Part shown: piece by piece, positions 50,658 through 63,800 of the stretch
How the letters are laid out: the number at the start of each line of letters is the position of its first letter
How positions within the stretch are numbered: position 1 is the stretch's first letter
Assembly: GCA_004431415.1 (NCBI GenBank)
Contig: QPMI01000141.1
Coordinates: forward strand, 97,720-161,719
DNA: 64,000 nucleotides
DNA from: Cyanophora paradoxa CCMP329
Lineage: Eukaryota; Plantae; Glaucophyta
Direction: 5' to 3'
Notes under the pieces: generated by a model
Told to the model about the DNA's origin: nothing
What the model saw: only the letters and a program-made list of their open reading frames with translations
Databases searched by the model: none
Translations under genes and position numbers: made by a program

Positions 50658-53600
50658 ATGGCGGAGGAGAACGGGGAGGCGCACGCGGCGGAGGTGGCCC
50701 GGATCGCCGAGCTTGAGAAGCAGCTGCGTGAGTCGAAGGCGCACCTGAACAACATCGTCGCCCTCCTCGAGCTGTGCAACGTGCGCGTCTGCCCCCCCGC
50801 CGCCCCGCGGGGCCCTAGCGCCGGCGCGCGCCCGATCGCTCGCGCCGCAGCGCCAGCAGAAGGCGCCCGGCGCGGAGGAGGCGGGCGAGGACGACACGCT
50901 TCGACCGCCGGAGGTCGTTATAGCGGCGCTGGGCGCCCTGCGGCGCACTTTCGCCCGGCTGCACGTCAGCGGGGAGCTGGCCCGCGCCGCCAAGGGCTCG
51001 CAGCGCCAGATCCCCGGCCGGGCGAGGCCATCGGCGGCGGCCGGTGCGTAGCTACCGGCGAGAGAGCGAACGCATCGCGCCGCGCCGCGCGGGCCGCCGA
51101 CGCGATCGCCGGCGCAGGCGGCGACAAGGCGGAGGCGGAGAAAGCGGGCGGGGGCGGAGCGGAGGAGGAGGGGGTGGCGGAGGCGGAGCGGGCGTACCTC
51201 TCGTGGCTGATGGCGAAGTACACGTCGTTCCTGCGGGCCGCCCTGCGCCTCCTCCTGGACGACGAGCCCCGCCTCCAGGCGCGCCGGCCCCGCCCTGGGG
51301 CGAGGCGAGGCGGGCGGGGTCGGGCGTGAGATTGGATGCAGGTGGCGGGGCTGGCGGCGGGGATGGACTTCGTGGGGCGGCACGCGCGGGACTTCAACGC
51401 GAACCTCTTCGCCTCGCTGCTCCGCTGCCTCGTCTCCAACCGCAACCTCAGCGGCGCCCTCCTCCAGGTGAACGCTCCTCCGCGCGATCCGAGGGCGCAG
51501 CGCCCCCTCCCTCGCCGCCTCTCCCCTGCCCTCTGACCCCGGGGCGCCCCCGCAGGCCTTTCTCTCCCGGTACCTCTCCGCCTTCGACGACGTCCGCTAC
51601 TACACCACCACCGCCGTCGCGTGCGCCCTGTCGGAAGCTGTACCCCCCTCGCCGCCTCCTGAGCCCGCGGGCAGGCGGCTGGCGGCGCGGCGGCTGGCGG
51701 AGATGGCGAAGGAGGGGGCCGGCGGGGCGGGGGCGGAGAGCAGCGGCAGCGAGGACGAGGGGGACGAGGGGGACGCGGGCGGCGGCAGGGGGGGGAAGAA
51801 GAAGGCCGCGGCGGACGCCGAGGTGGCCCCCCTTCCTCTCTCTCTCTCTCCCACCTCCCCTTCCCGGGGCGAGCCGGTACCCCCGCAGGGCCTGGAGAAG
51901 GCCTTCGCGCACCGCCTGAGCCCGCACGCGCTCTCCCGCAACCTCTTCGACCTCCTCTCCCGCGTCCAGGTACCCCCCGCCGCCCCTCCTCCCCCTGCTC
52001 CGCTGAGCCGTGCCCCGGGCAGCTGCCATCGGACTCGGCGGCGCTGCGACGGTTCATGCCGGCGACGCTGAAGTCGATGGGGCTGGCCGAGGACGGCTCC
52101 AAGCCGGCCGCCCCCGCCGAGGGCGGCAAGCGCAAGCGCGAGGCCGGCGACGGGGGCGAGCAGGGCGGTGGTCAGTCCGCCTGTCTTCCGCCGGTGCCCG
52201 CTCCGCCTGACGCGCCTAGCCCCCGCAGCGTACGGCCGCCTGGGCCAGATCAAGCACCACCGCAAGGCGCGTACCCCCCGCCCGGCCTCGTCTCCCCCCG
52301 GCCCCCGAAATGACGTACCCGCTCTCGCAGGCCTTCTCGGACGCGTGGCTGGCGTTCCTGAAGCTGCCGCTGCCGGCGGACGTGTACAAGCGCGTTCTCG
52401 TGCGGCTCCACCGTGACGTCATGCCCCACATGGGCCCCCCCGGCGCTCCGCTCCTCCTCGCCGACTTCCTCACCCGCTCCTACGACCAGGGTGCGCCCGT
52501 ACCCCTCGATCCCTTGCCCCCTTCCCGCCCTTCCTTGCGCCCTCCGCCTGAGGCTCTACCCCCCAGGCGGCGTGGTGAGCATCCTGGCGCTGAACGGCCT
52601 CTTCGTGCTCATCTCCAAGTACAATTTGGACTACCCCTCCTTCTACGCGAAGCTTCGTTCGCTGCTCGAGCCGCAGCTCTTCCACGCCAAGCACCGCGCC
52701 CGCTTCCTCAAGGTGCCGTACCCCTGCCGCGCCCCTCCCCCCCTCGAACCCACCCGTACCCCCCTCGCAGCTGCTGGACCTGTTCATGACGTCGACGCAC
52801 CTGTCGGCGTACCTGGTCGCCGCGTTTGCGAAGCGGCTGGCGCGGCTGGCCCTCTCCGCGCCCCCCTCGGGGGCCTCGTTCTGCGCCGCCTTCGCCGCCA
52901 ACCTCCTCCGCCGCCACCCCGCCTGCCTGCCCCTCATCCACCGCTCCGCCTCCGCCCCCGGCCCCGCCGGCCCCCAGGAGGGTGCGTCCGCGCCCCGCCA
53001 CCTTCCCCCCCCTTCCCCCCCCTCTTCTTCTTCTGATTCGGCCCCCCCTCTCCCCCCCCCCCCCCCCCCCCCCCCCCCCTGCAGAGCGTGCGCCGGTGCT
53101 GGAGTCGCCCTTCGCGGACGTCTCCGCCGACTCGCTCGAGGGCGGCCTCCTCGGGGGGCCCCAGCCCAAGCGGCCCCGGTCCGTCGCGCCCCCTCCCGCC
53201 CCGCCCCGCCCCGCTGAGCGCCGCGATGCTTTGCCGCGCAGCGCGCAGCAGGCGGACGGGGCGGGCGAAGCCGGGGCGGGGGCAGAGCGGCCCGGGGCGG
53301 ACCCGTACGACGACTTCGTGGAGGAGCCGGCGGCGTGCCGGGCGCTCGACTCGTCCCTGTGGGAGCTCGAGGCACTCCGCGGCCACTACGACCCCGAGGC
53401 GCGCCCGCCTCCGAACTGATGAGAGGGCCCGCGCGATAGGGAGCTCGCTTGCAGCACGCGCCCGAGTCCAGCGCGCTAGAAGAGCGCGAGAGGCGTTGCT
53501 GAGGGCGCCTCTGACGGGGCGCGGGGCGCTCAGGTGGCGCGCTTGGTGGCGATCTTCGAGGCACCCCTCAACGGCCGCGGCGAGATCGACGTCTCGGGGC

Positions 53601-53879
53601 CCATGACTGCGACCTACCAGTCGGTGCGAGCGCCCCCGCGCCCAATATTAATAGAGAGCTGGCCGGACTATGTCGTTCCTGCAATCCGACCCGAGGCTCG
53701 CGCCGCAGACGATCGACGGGCAGCTGCGGCGGCGGCTGCCGAAGGGCGGGGTGGCGCTGGCGTACCACGCGCCGCTGCCGCTCTTCCCGACGGAGCGGCG
53801 GGAGGCGCCGCGGGAGCCGGCGGCGGCCGTCGCCCTCGCCGCCGACGAGGTCTTCCTCGAGGGCTGGGCCTTCTCCTAG
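50658..53879 (+). CDS. NOC4: Nucleolar complex protein 4 (CBF/Mak21 domain)
   Basis: HLNNIVALL, FDDVRYY, HRKAFSDAWLAFL, LLADFLTRSYDQGGVVSILALNGLFVLI, LDYPSFYAKL, STHLSAYLVAAFAKRLARL, NLLRRHP, ALDSSLWELEALRGHYDP. Confidence 0.93.
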
Positions 53880-54096
53880 CCCCCACTGGCGGCCCCGGGC
53901 CCTCCTGTAGGCGCCCTGGCTCTCTCGCTGACCTCGCTGTCGGCGCCTTGAATGGGATTCGAACTTCGATTCGGAAGAATTCAACGATTCGCGATCCGCC
54001 TTTCACCGAGTCAGCGCGGGGCGGTCCGAGCTGGAGCTCCTTGCTAACTGGGGTGAGCGAGGGGACTCCGCCGGGCAGGGGGCTCTGGCTGAATCG

Positions 54097-54164
54097 AGGG
54101 GAGTCGTTGCGAATTTAGGGGAGTCGTTGCGAATTTATATAATTAGGGGAGTCGTTGCGAATTT
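54097..54164 (+). repeat. Three perfect copies of the 20-mer AGGGGAGTCGTTGCGAATTT
   Basis: Copies at 54097-54116, 54117-54136 and 54145-54164, with an 8-nt AT spacer before the third. Confidence 0.9.
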
Positions 54165-54203
54165 AGGGGGGCTTCGAGGAGCTTGAACAAGCGAGGCCCA
54201 GCG

Positions 54204-55687
54204 ATGTCGCTCTGCGACGACTCACGGTGCTACGACAACGTCTCCGCGACGTCGAAGAAGCTGTATTTCGTGCGGCATGGCGACAGCATGTTTCAGGTCA
54301 AGTTGGAGCCGGGGCCGCGCTTTTCGCAACTAAGACCGCGCTTTTCGCCAGGTTTACAAGCGAGCCACGTGCGCGAGCGCTTTTCGCGCCCTCGGCCCGC
54401 TGCGGCGGCCGCGCCCGAAAGAAATTCGCACGTGCAGCCGCGCCCACCAAAATCGTTTTGCGGTGGCGCAGTGGCAAGGATCCTTGGATACTGGACGCTC
54501 CCGTGAGCCCCACTGGGCAGAAGCAGATTGAGGAGCTCGCAAAATCCGTCGACTCGCTCCAGGTCCGCGAAATCTTATTTCGGGCCCCGGCCCGCAATCC
54601 CGGCCGCAGACAGACATGGGGATCCCGCGAAAAGACTCGAGAATTCGAAAAAGCTCATGCTTTTGAGCGCGCAGCCCTTTCCGCAGCTTGTTGTGACCTC
54701 TCCTCTCACGAGGTGCGCGCGCGAAACTCTGCCGGAAGGCCGTTCAGGGTGCATATCAGCTCGCGCTGGCATGCGCAGGACGCTGCAGACGGCGGCGGGC
54801 GTCTTCGGGGGGCGGGCGCCCATCGTCGTGTGCGACCTGCTGCGGGAGCGCTTCCGCGAGAGCGCCGACGTGGGGCGGCCGCCCTCCGAGCTCGCCGCGC
54901 ACTTTCAGCACCTCCCGGGCCTCGCCGCCGAGCTCGAGCGCCTGCCAGCCCTCTGGTCGCCCTGCCCCCGCCCCGGGCCCGGGCCTTCAGCTGCGCATGC
55001 AGTGTTGATAAATTGCAATTGTTGGCGCCCCCGACCCGCAGGTGGGCGCACCAAGGCCGGGCGCTCCCCGACGTCGCCGAGTCCGCCGAAGTGAGAGCGC
55101 GCGCGCCTCCGGATCCGCGGCCGCCGCTCGATACGAGGGTGTGTGCACGGCGGCGGGCGCAGGCCTTCGCGGAGCGGTGCCGGGAGGCGCTGCGGTGGAT
55201 CTGGGAGCGCCCCGAGGACGTCATCGCCGTCGTCGCCCACTCCCAGGCGCGGCCCTCGGCAGCTCGGGCCTAGTCCTGGCCTCGGAGTCGCAGATGAAAG
55301 CTCAATTTATCGGTCTAAGCTGCAAATAAGAGCAGGTCGCCCCAGAGCTTCGCTTAGACTCGAGGCGTGTGCGGGTCCCTTCGCTGAGGCTCGAGGCAGG
55401 TCTTCAAGAACCTGTGCGGGGAGAAGCTCCCGAACTGCGGCGTGCTAGCGGCGACGCTCGAGCCGGCCCCGCTCGTCGACGCCGCCGGCCTCCCCCGTCC
55501 CCCCGAGGCGCCCCGCGACCCCGCCCGCCCCAGGCCGCCGGATCCCCCTTGCAATTGAATTTGATCTCCTCCGCAGGAGAGGGTACCGGTGGTACAGGAC
55601 GCGGCGGCCGACGAGGCGGCGGCGGCGGCGGCACTGCGCGGCAAGCCCGTCCGCCTCCAGGCGCGCCCATACCCCGCCACTCACTAA
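54204..55687 (+). CDS. Histidine phosphatase superfamily (phosphoglycerate mutase-like) protein
   Basis: KKLYFVRHG, DAPVSPTGQKQ, LVVTSPLTRTLQTA, LRERFRESADVG, WIWERPEDVIAVVAHS, LPNCG. Confidence 0.88.
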
Positions 55688-57008
55688 GCCACTGGGCCAG
55701 CGACTCGCGATCGTGATCAGTGCACGTGATCATGATCATGACATGTACAATCCGAGCCTCGGAGCCCCGGCCTGAGCGTGATTACAATTAGATCTAGAGC
55801 GTCACGGCGTTAATTGGAATCATGCATATGAGACTCTGAGAGCTTTCACCGTTGCAAGTAAAACTAGACATCATGGTACGATCACCGTTGCAATGAGAGC
55901 TATCATGGTAATTACAAGATCTAGAGCGGGGCACTGTTGCAAATAGAACTGGGGCCAAGTTTAAAGCCGATATCAAATTAAATTGAACTTGCAGGGCCCG
56001 GACCCGGGGCAGGGCGGGGGCGGGGCACCCCAAACGCTCGCTGTTTCTCTCAGAGACTGAAGGGGGGCGGGGCGGGGCAGGTGGTGACGGGGGCGGGGGT
56101 CTTCGTGGACGGGCAGCGGCTCGTGGAGGAGGACGAGCCCCGCGAGGGGTAGAGGGGTAGCGGCGCACCCCGCGCCTCCTCGACCGCACCGGAGCCCGAG
56201 ACTCAGTGACTGGCATTACAATATTAAATTCCGCGGCCGGGCGGCACAAACACCTCAACATGCCATCGCCGTTTGTAATGCATGTGCAAATAGATTCGGC
56301 CGAGAACGCACACATACGCTACGGGGGGACGCGCACGCGTCACGGCGTACGTCAAAGAAAAGACTCTAATCGACACACAAGTACTGCGAGTCTGTGGCGA
56401 AGCAAAATTCAATGATTAGCGGGTATGAATGATATATATATATATCCACACACACACGGATCTCGAGTGATTCTCGACTGGTCCTACCTCGACCAAGCCA
56501 TAGGCTACATCTAGCCCTAAAGACGGATACGCACGCGTACGTGCAAATGCACAATAAAAATGTGTACAAAAGAGAGCATACACTTCTAGATCAACAATAC
56601 AAAGACCTGGGCATCTCACCTCCAAACACCCCCTTCCCTGGTTCACGATAATCTCACTCCCAGCGCTCATATAGATCCTGTTTGAGCTAAGACTTCGTCG
56701 AACTTTGCCACTCAAGGCAGGATAGAAAAATCTTGTATCTAACAAAGACCTTGAAATATTCCGGGATGCCCGCGGGCTGAAGAAGTGAGTAAAAGCCGCA
56801 GAATACATGGATAAACCCCGGATTATGGGGACTATCGCGCTACGCGCCAGAAAACATGGATGCATGGATGTGATGGAGAGCTGCGAGATAGGCCCATGCC
56901 GGGGCGTCGGAGGGCCGGGGAGGAGCGGGCAGGGGGCGGGCGAGAGGAGGGGCCGGGGCGGCTGCGGGGCGGCGGGGCGCAGCGGCGGCCGCGCCGCGCC
57001 GCGCCGCC

Positions 57009-57797
57009 TCAGTCGAACTTGGAGTCGAGGTCCTCGGCGCCGTCCCAGTGCTCGGGGGCGGCTCGAGGGCGAGGCGCAGGGCCTTGGCCTTAAGGACGCG
57101 CCAGCTGAGGTCCTCCGGCGCCAGCCGCGCCGCCGGGCGCGCCTTCACCGCCGCCCCCGCCTTGGCGGCCGCCGCGACGGCGAAGGCGGCGCGCGAGGCG
57201 CGGGCGGCGCGGAGCTTGGCAAGGAGCTCGGGGGCAGCGAGGCCTCCGCGGCCGCCTCGGCGGAGAGCTCCCGCTCGCCGTGCCCCGCCTCGCCATCCCC
57301 GCGCCCAGGCCGGCCCGGCCGCCGGCGTCTGGAAGGGGTTCAGGATGGGGGGCAGGCGCCGGTAGGGGCCGAGGCCCCCGCCGCGCGGCGAGGCCGGCGG
57401 GGCGACGGACTGGGCGAGGCCGGCGCCCGCCCGCCCGTGGGCGTGCCCGGCTGGGAGCCCTCCGGGGTGCCCCCGCCGCCGCCACCGCCGGCGGCGGGGC
57501 TCGCCCTCTGGCTCGCGCCGGCGGCGGCGGCGAGGAGGCCCCGCGAGCCGATGCCGCGGCGGGGCGCGAACGAGGCGACCCGCGCCAGCGGCAGCCTCCC
57601 CGAGCCGCTCGCCCCCGCCCCGGCCCCGGCCCGGCGCCGTGGGCGGAGGCGTGCGGGGTGGTGGCCGCGGAGTGGGCGGGCGCGCCAGCGCCGGCGGCGG
57701 CCTCGGCGTCCTGCGGGAGGGGGGGGCGTCACGCGGGGCGGGGCGGGGCGCGTCCGAGTGGGGGCCTCGTGGGCTGTTCGGCGGGGCGGGGCGGGGT

Positions 57798-57829
<32 letters not shown>

Positions 57830-60800
57830 CGCACGGCGAACTCGACCTCGAAGACCTCGCGCTCGAGGCGCACGGCGGCCGCCAGGCGCCCCCCGGCCTC
57901 GAACGCCGCCGCCGCCTCCGCGAAGCGCCGCCCCAGGAAGAGCTCGAACGCCCGCTCGTACTGCCCGGCGGAGCCGGCGGCGCGGTGGGCGGCGCCCGCA
58001 GGGGGCCGCGGGGCGGGGCGGGCGGGGCGGGGAGGGGCAGACCTGGGCGGCGTACTCGCGCTCGGCGGGGGTCTCGGTGCCGAGGCGGGCGACGAGCTCG
58101 TAGATGCGGCACGGGCGCGTCCGCCCCTTCAGCACCACAAGGTCCACGAGCCGGCAGAAGAACTTCTCCCGCGCCCGCCTGCGCGCGCCCCGCCGGATGG
58201 CGTCGACGCGGTCCGCCAGAGCGGACGAGGGCGCGGCGGGCAGGCAGGGAGGGAGCGGATCGACTCTAGGGGCAAGGCTCTTTACCCGGGTTGTCTGGGG
58301 AGGCGGGGCGGGGCGGGGCGGGGCGGGGCGGGCGCACCGCTCGACGTCCTCGGAGATGAGGATCGTCGTCCCGTAGCGCTTGTTCAGCGGCTCCAGCCGC
58401 GCCGCCGCGTTCTAAGCCGGGGCGGCCCGCGCGGGCTCAGGATGGAGAAGAGGGGACAGACTAGAGAAGGGAGACTGGCTGAGGGGGAGGGCGGAGCGGG
58501 CGGGGGCGGACCACGGCGTCGCCGACGGCGGTGTAGGAGAAGCGCGAGCTGCAGCCGAAGTTGCCTGCCGGGGCGGGCGGGCGGCCGCGTCAGACCAGAT
58601 CGGATCGGGCCGGGCCGGATCGAACGGGCGCGCACCGATGAGGCAGTCGCCGGTGTTGATGCCGATGCGGACCTCGAGGGGGGGCAGGCCCCGCGCCACC
58701 CACTTCGGCCGCATCGCCATCAGCACCTGCCCCAGCGCGGTGAGCCACGAGCTCGAGCTGGAGGCGGGGCGGGGCGGGGCGGGGCGCGGGGCGGGCCTCC
58801 TGGCACTCGACGGCGGCGGCGCAGGCGGCGGCCTCGTGGTCCTCGACCAGCGCCAGCGGGCAGCTGAAGAAGGCCATCTGCGCCGGGGGCCGCCGCGACG
58901 CGCGGAAAGGTGTCACGCGGAGGCGGGAGGAAGGCCCCGCGGGGTCGCCGGCTAAGCAGGCGTCCTCGGGCGCTTTTGAGGAATTGTGGCGGGGCGGGGC
59001 GGGGCGGGGCGCGGGGGCGCACGATGGCGTCGCCGATGAACCTGGGGGCGCGCGGAGCGTCAGCCAGCCGGCCAGGCGAGGAGGCGTGGCGGGGGCGCGG
59101 GGCCGGGGGCGGGGGCGCGCTTGTCGATGGTGCCGAGGTTCTGCTCGATGGAGAGGGAGAGCATGGAGAGGGCGTCGCCCATCACCTCCAGCAGCTGCCC
59201 CGGCGCCAGCGTCGCCGAGAGCTGCCGGGGAGGGGGGAAGGGCCCGTCAGAGGGCGCCCGGGGCGGGGCGGGGCGGGGGCGGCGGCGGGGCGGGGGCGCG
59301 CCGTGGTGAAGTCCCGCACGTCCAGGAAGAAGCTGCGGCGGGGCGGGCGGGCGGGGCGGGCGGGGCGGGCGGGCGTGGGGTGAGCGGGGCGGCTCGGCGG
59401 GGCGCAGCGCGGCGGAGGGGCGGGGGGCGGACAGGCTGGAGCGCTGCTGGGTGAGGGAGAGCTCGGCGGCCTGCTCCGCCGAGGCCAGCGTCCGCTGCAC
59501 CACCGACGCCGGCACGAACTTCGCGAAGGCGCGGATCTGCGGGGGGCGTGGCGGAGGCGGCTCGGTCTCGGAGGGCGGGCGGGAGGGTCGCGCGGGGGGC
59601 GGGGGCGGGGAGGGCGCACCCCCTGGAGCATGCTGGAGAAGGCGGAGGTGAGGAGCTGGACCTGCGGGGGGCGGCGCGCTCAGCTCAGCTCGGCGAGGGT
59701 CGCCCGACCGGGCTCGGCCCGAGAGGGCGGCCCCAAGGCGGCTCTTGCTGGGATGGCGACAAGGCCCGGGGCTCTAGCAGGGCCCCTCCTCTCTTCCTTG
59801 GAGAGCGCAGGGGGCGGCTCCTCTCAGGGGGGGAAGGGGCGCGGCCCTCCCCCAGAGCAGCGGCAGCTGGCGCCCTGCTTCGGAGAGGGGGTGTGGGCGG
59901 GACGGGGCGGGGCGGGTGGGGCGGGCCTCGGTGACGCGGGAGGTGGAGCCGATGCGGCGCTCGGAGGAGCCGCGGGCCGAGTTGCCCGGCGTGTTCATCA
60001 GGTTCAGGGTCCGGATGACCTCCATCTTCGCCGCCAGCTGCCGCAGGGGCCGGCTGATCGCCAGCGCCGACGCCACGCTGCGCGCGGAGTCGTCAGACCC
60101 GGTCCAGATCCGGTCCCGCTCGGGCCGGGCCGGGCGGGGCGGGGGGGGACCTGATGGCGACGGCGACAACGAGGATGGCGCCCGTGACGACCCCCGTCAG
60201 GATGGCGCTGCGCGGCCGAGCGGCCCGGTCAGCGGCGGCCGAGGGGAGAGACGGGCGGGCCGGGGGACCCTGCTAGGCCCCCCGCGTGCGCGGCGGAGGC
60301 GGCAGCGGCAGCGGGGCGGCAGGGGGCGCGCGGGGGCGGGCGGCGGGCGGGCCTGCGGCGGGTGTTCTGGATGTAGGCGGCGGTGTCGACGGAGACGACG
60401 ACGAGCCAGTTCACCCCGCGGTGCGTCACCCGGCTCGCGTGCACCACCATCTCGGCGCCCTGCCCGACCCCGCCCCCGCCCGCCCCTCAGACGGGCGGGG
60501 GAGGGAGGCGGCGGCGCTGTGAGGCCCTTGGCCGCCCGTCACCTGGACGGCGCAGGTGGTGGAGAGCTCCAGGCCGCCTTGGGCGCCGCCCTTGTCCGTG
60601 AGTCCGATGGACGCGATCGGCCCCAGGCGCTCCCGCAGGCACGCCCCGATCTCCGGGATCGGGCTCACGGCGCGCCACACCGACACCCGCGGGCTGGCCC
60701 CGCCCCGCCCCGCGTCGGGCGAGCGGAGGGGGAGGGGCGGGGGCGGCGGGCGGCGCACTCGGTGCCCTGGACGACCCCGCCGACGACGACCGAGGTCGAG

Positions 60801-63800
60801 AGCGCGTTCGCGCCCTCCGCCCGCGCCACGATCTGATCACGACGCCCCGCAGGGTCGTTCAGGGGGCCCGAAGGAAGGGGGGCGGGGAGGGCGGGGCGGG
60901 GCGGGGCGGGGCTGGCGGGGCGGGCTGCGGGGCGGGCCTTGCCGTCGGAGGTGGCGAGGAGGTAGTCGCTCGGGCCGCCCTCCACGACGAACGCCACCGT
61001 GTTGCCCCCGAAGGAGCTCACCTGCGCCCCGCGCGCCCCGCTCCCGTTCACGATGCGAGGCCACTCCAGAGAGAAGGCTCGCAGGGGGGCTAGCGGCGCG
61101 GGGGGGGGGAGGGCGGGGCGATCGCTGCGGCGCGCACGATCTCCTGGATGATGAAGGAGAGGCCGTGCTCGAACTCCACCGCGCACGCGCCCACCCCGAC
61201 CGCGTTCCCCTGCGCGGCCGCAGCCGTCACGGGATGCCCGAGGGCGGGCCGGGGCGGGGCGCACGGCGGCGTCGAAGAGGGTGGCGGCGGCGGACATGGC
61301 GAGCTGCCCATCCACCCTGCGCCCCGCCGCCCCGGCCCTCAGCCCCCGAAAGGACCCATCGCCCGGGGCGCAGGAGGCGGGCGGGGCGGGGCGCGCTTGA
61401 AGTAGGAGGAGGTCCAGGTGACCTCCGAGCCGGCGGCGAGGGCCTTCGTGTACCAGCCGCGCTGCGTCGGCCGGAAGTTGTACGCCCGCCGCACCACGTT
61501 CGGGTCCTGGCCCCGCCCGCCCCTCAGCGGCGCCCCGCCTCGCAGCTCGCCTGAGCGGGCGCGGCTAGAAGGGCCGGGGGGCGAGCTCAGCTATAGAGGG
61601 GTCGGCAGGGCGGGGCGCAGGGGAGGAGGGCGGGGGCGGGCGGGAGGGGGGCGGGGGGCGCGCGCGCACGTCGAGCATGGAGGTGTTGCCGATGGGGCGC
61701 CCGTGCTTGTCCGCCGGGAAGGCCGTCATCACCGGCGTCGTCGGGCTCGCGTACAGGATCTGCCTCCCGGCCCCTTGAGCCGAGCGCCCACGCCCGAGAC
61801 GACCGTTCGCCCCGGAGCGAGGGCCCCGCCCCGCCCCGCCCTGTCCTCTAGCGCCGCCCGCCCGCGCGACACGCGGCCGGCGGCCGGGGCGCACCTTCGT
61901 GTAGAGGATGCGGGGCTCCGTTGCAAAGTAGTCCCGCGACATCTCCCAGTACCTGGGGGGGGGGGGCAAGGCCGGGTACAGCTTAGCGCCCTCTTGGTCC
62001 CGGCAGGCCGGCCCCGGGCGGGAGGGAGGGAGGGCGCGGGGGCCGCGGGATGCGGACCAGTCGCTCGCGTAGCTGCCGGCGGCCTCTCGGAGTCAGATCT
62101 CGGAAGAGCGGGGGGTGGGATGTGGGCGGGGAGGAGGGAGGGGGCGCACCCCGCGCCGCAGAGGACGAACTGGGGCCACGCTTCGAGCACTGCGGGGTCC
62201 ATTTTCAGTGGGGCTTTTCGCAAGTCCCCTATCTAAAACCGCACTTCGGAAGGCCCACGGGTGGACGTTCGGGTCGGCCGGCGAGTCTGCCGGCGGGGAG
62301 CGGGCGAGCGCTCAGGTGAGCAGGAAGGGGAGGACGGAAGAGGAGAAAAAGACGGAAGCCGACGAAAAGCGTACCCGTCAAGATTCCGTCGCGGTGCACG
62401 GCCTGCATCTCCACAAGCGCCGGCGTGTACGCGTCCTGCGCAGGGTACGCCGCGGCGCGCTCAGCGGCTGCGAGATTCGGTGTGCGCGGGCGCGGGCCGG
62501 GGCGCGGGGCGTGGAGGGGCGGGGCGGGGGCGCGAGGGGCGGCGCACGAGGAACGCGATCGCCCCGCGGGCTGCGAGCCAAGGCGGGGGGAGGGGGGGTG
62601 AGGGGCGCCCGGGCCCCACTGCGGCGCCCCCGGCGTGGCGTGGCGCACCCGTCTTCGACAGGAGGTCTTTTTCGAGGCTGACGGGGGGGAGGGGCGGGGG
62701 GTTCAGGGAACAGGGGGCGGCGGGGGGCCGGGAGCCGGGGCAGCGAGCGGGGCGCACATGTGCAGGCTGCGCAAGGGAGGAAAGCGCCGGTCGGCGGGGG
62801 GGCGAGAAGAGAGGCAGACGCAGCGGGCAGGGGGATGGGGGGGGGGGGGGGGGGGGGGGCGCACATGTCTCCCATCGACGTCTGCACCGCTTGGTAACCT
62901 GCACCGAGCGGAAACTCAGCGGGACGGCGGGGCAGGCCGGGGCAGGCCGGGGAAATGGGCGGAGGGGGGGGGGGGGGGGGAAGCGGACGGATGGCGCGTA
63001 CCCAGGAACCAGGTGATGATGTTGGAGACGACGAGGCTGGCGACGCGGCGGTCGGCGCGGGGCGCAGCGGGGCGACGAAGGGCGGGCGGGCGGGCGGCGG
63101 GAGGGGTGGGGAGGGGGTGGGGGGGGAGGGGGGGGGGGCGCACAGAGAGACGATGGGGGCGATGATGATGGTCTTGACTGACCTGAAGAACGAGGGGGCC
63201 TTGCCAGAGGCGTCCCCCGCCCCGCCCTCCTTGCCCCCGGCCGGCCCCTCCGCCCCGCCCACGCGCCCCGCGACGGACGACGCCGGCTTGACGCGGCGCC
63301 AGCTGGGGAACATCCAGCTCTTGCTCTTCTTGGGCGCGCCCCTGTCCAGCGGGTCGCTCGGGAGGGGCTCCCCCACGTCGCGCGTCGGGTTGCGGTTCAG
63401 CGGCTTCGCGGGCAGCACCGGCGCCTCGGCGTCCGCCCCGCCCGCCTCGCCGTCCGAACCGACGCTCGCTCGCAGGTGCATGCGCGACGCGGCGTTGCCG
63501 CCCTGCGCCGTGTACCTCTGCTCGCCCCCGCGTGAGCGAGCCCGAGGACGGGGGGCGAGAAAGGCGGCGGCGGAGAGGGGCCGCGCGCCTGAGCTGTCGC
63601 AAGAACGAAGTCACGCCGGTCGTTGCTCGCGCGGCGCGGTGGCAGCGCCGGCATCGACTGTGGCACCGGGTGGCCGGGGTGCCGGGCCCGGTGGCTCGGG
63701 TTCAGCCCCGAGCTGGGGACGCTGGACTCGGACGACGAGACCGCGGCCAGGGAGGTGCCCGACATGGATGCAGCCGATCCGGGCGAGGCGCCGCTCTTCG

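Noticed and set aside
53416-53430. CTGATGAG as a hammerhead ribozyme core
   Set aside because: No matching GAAA and stems; fits a C box better.
53940-53985. GTTCGAATCCC (tRNA T-loop/B-box-like) on the minus strand
   Set aside because: No cloverleaf, acceptor stem or A-box could be built.
54097-54164. 20-bp repeats as a CRISPR array
   Set aside because: Repeats are adjacent or 8 nt apart with no spacers, there are no cas genes, and the context is eukaryotic.
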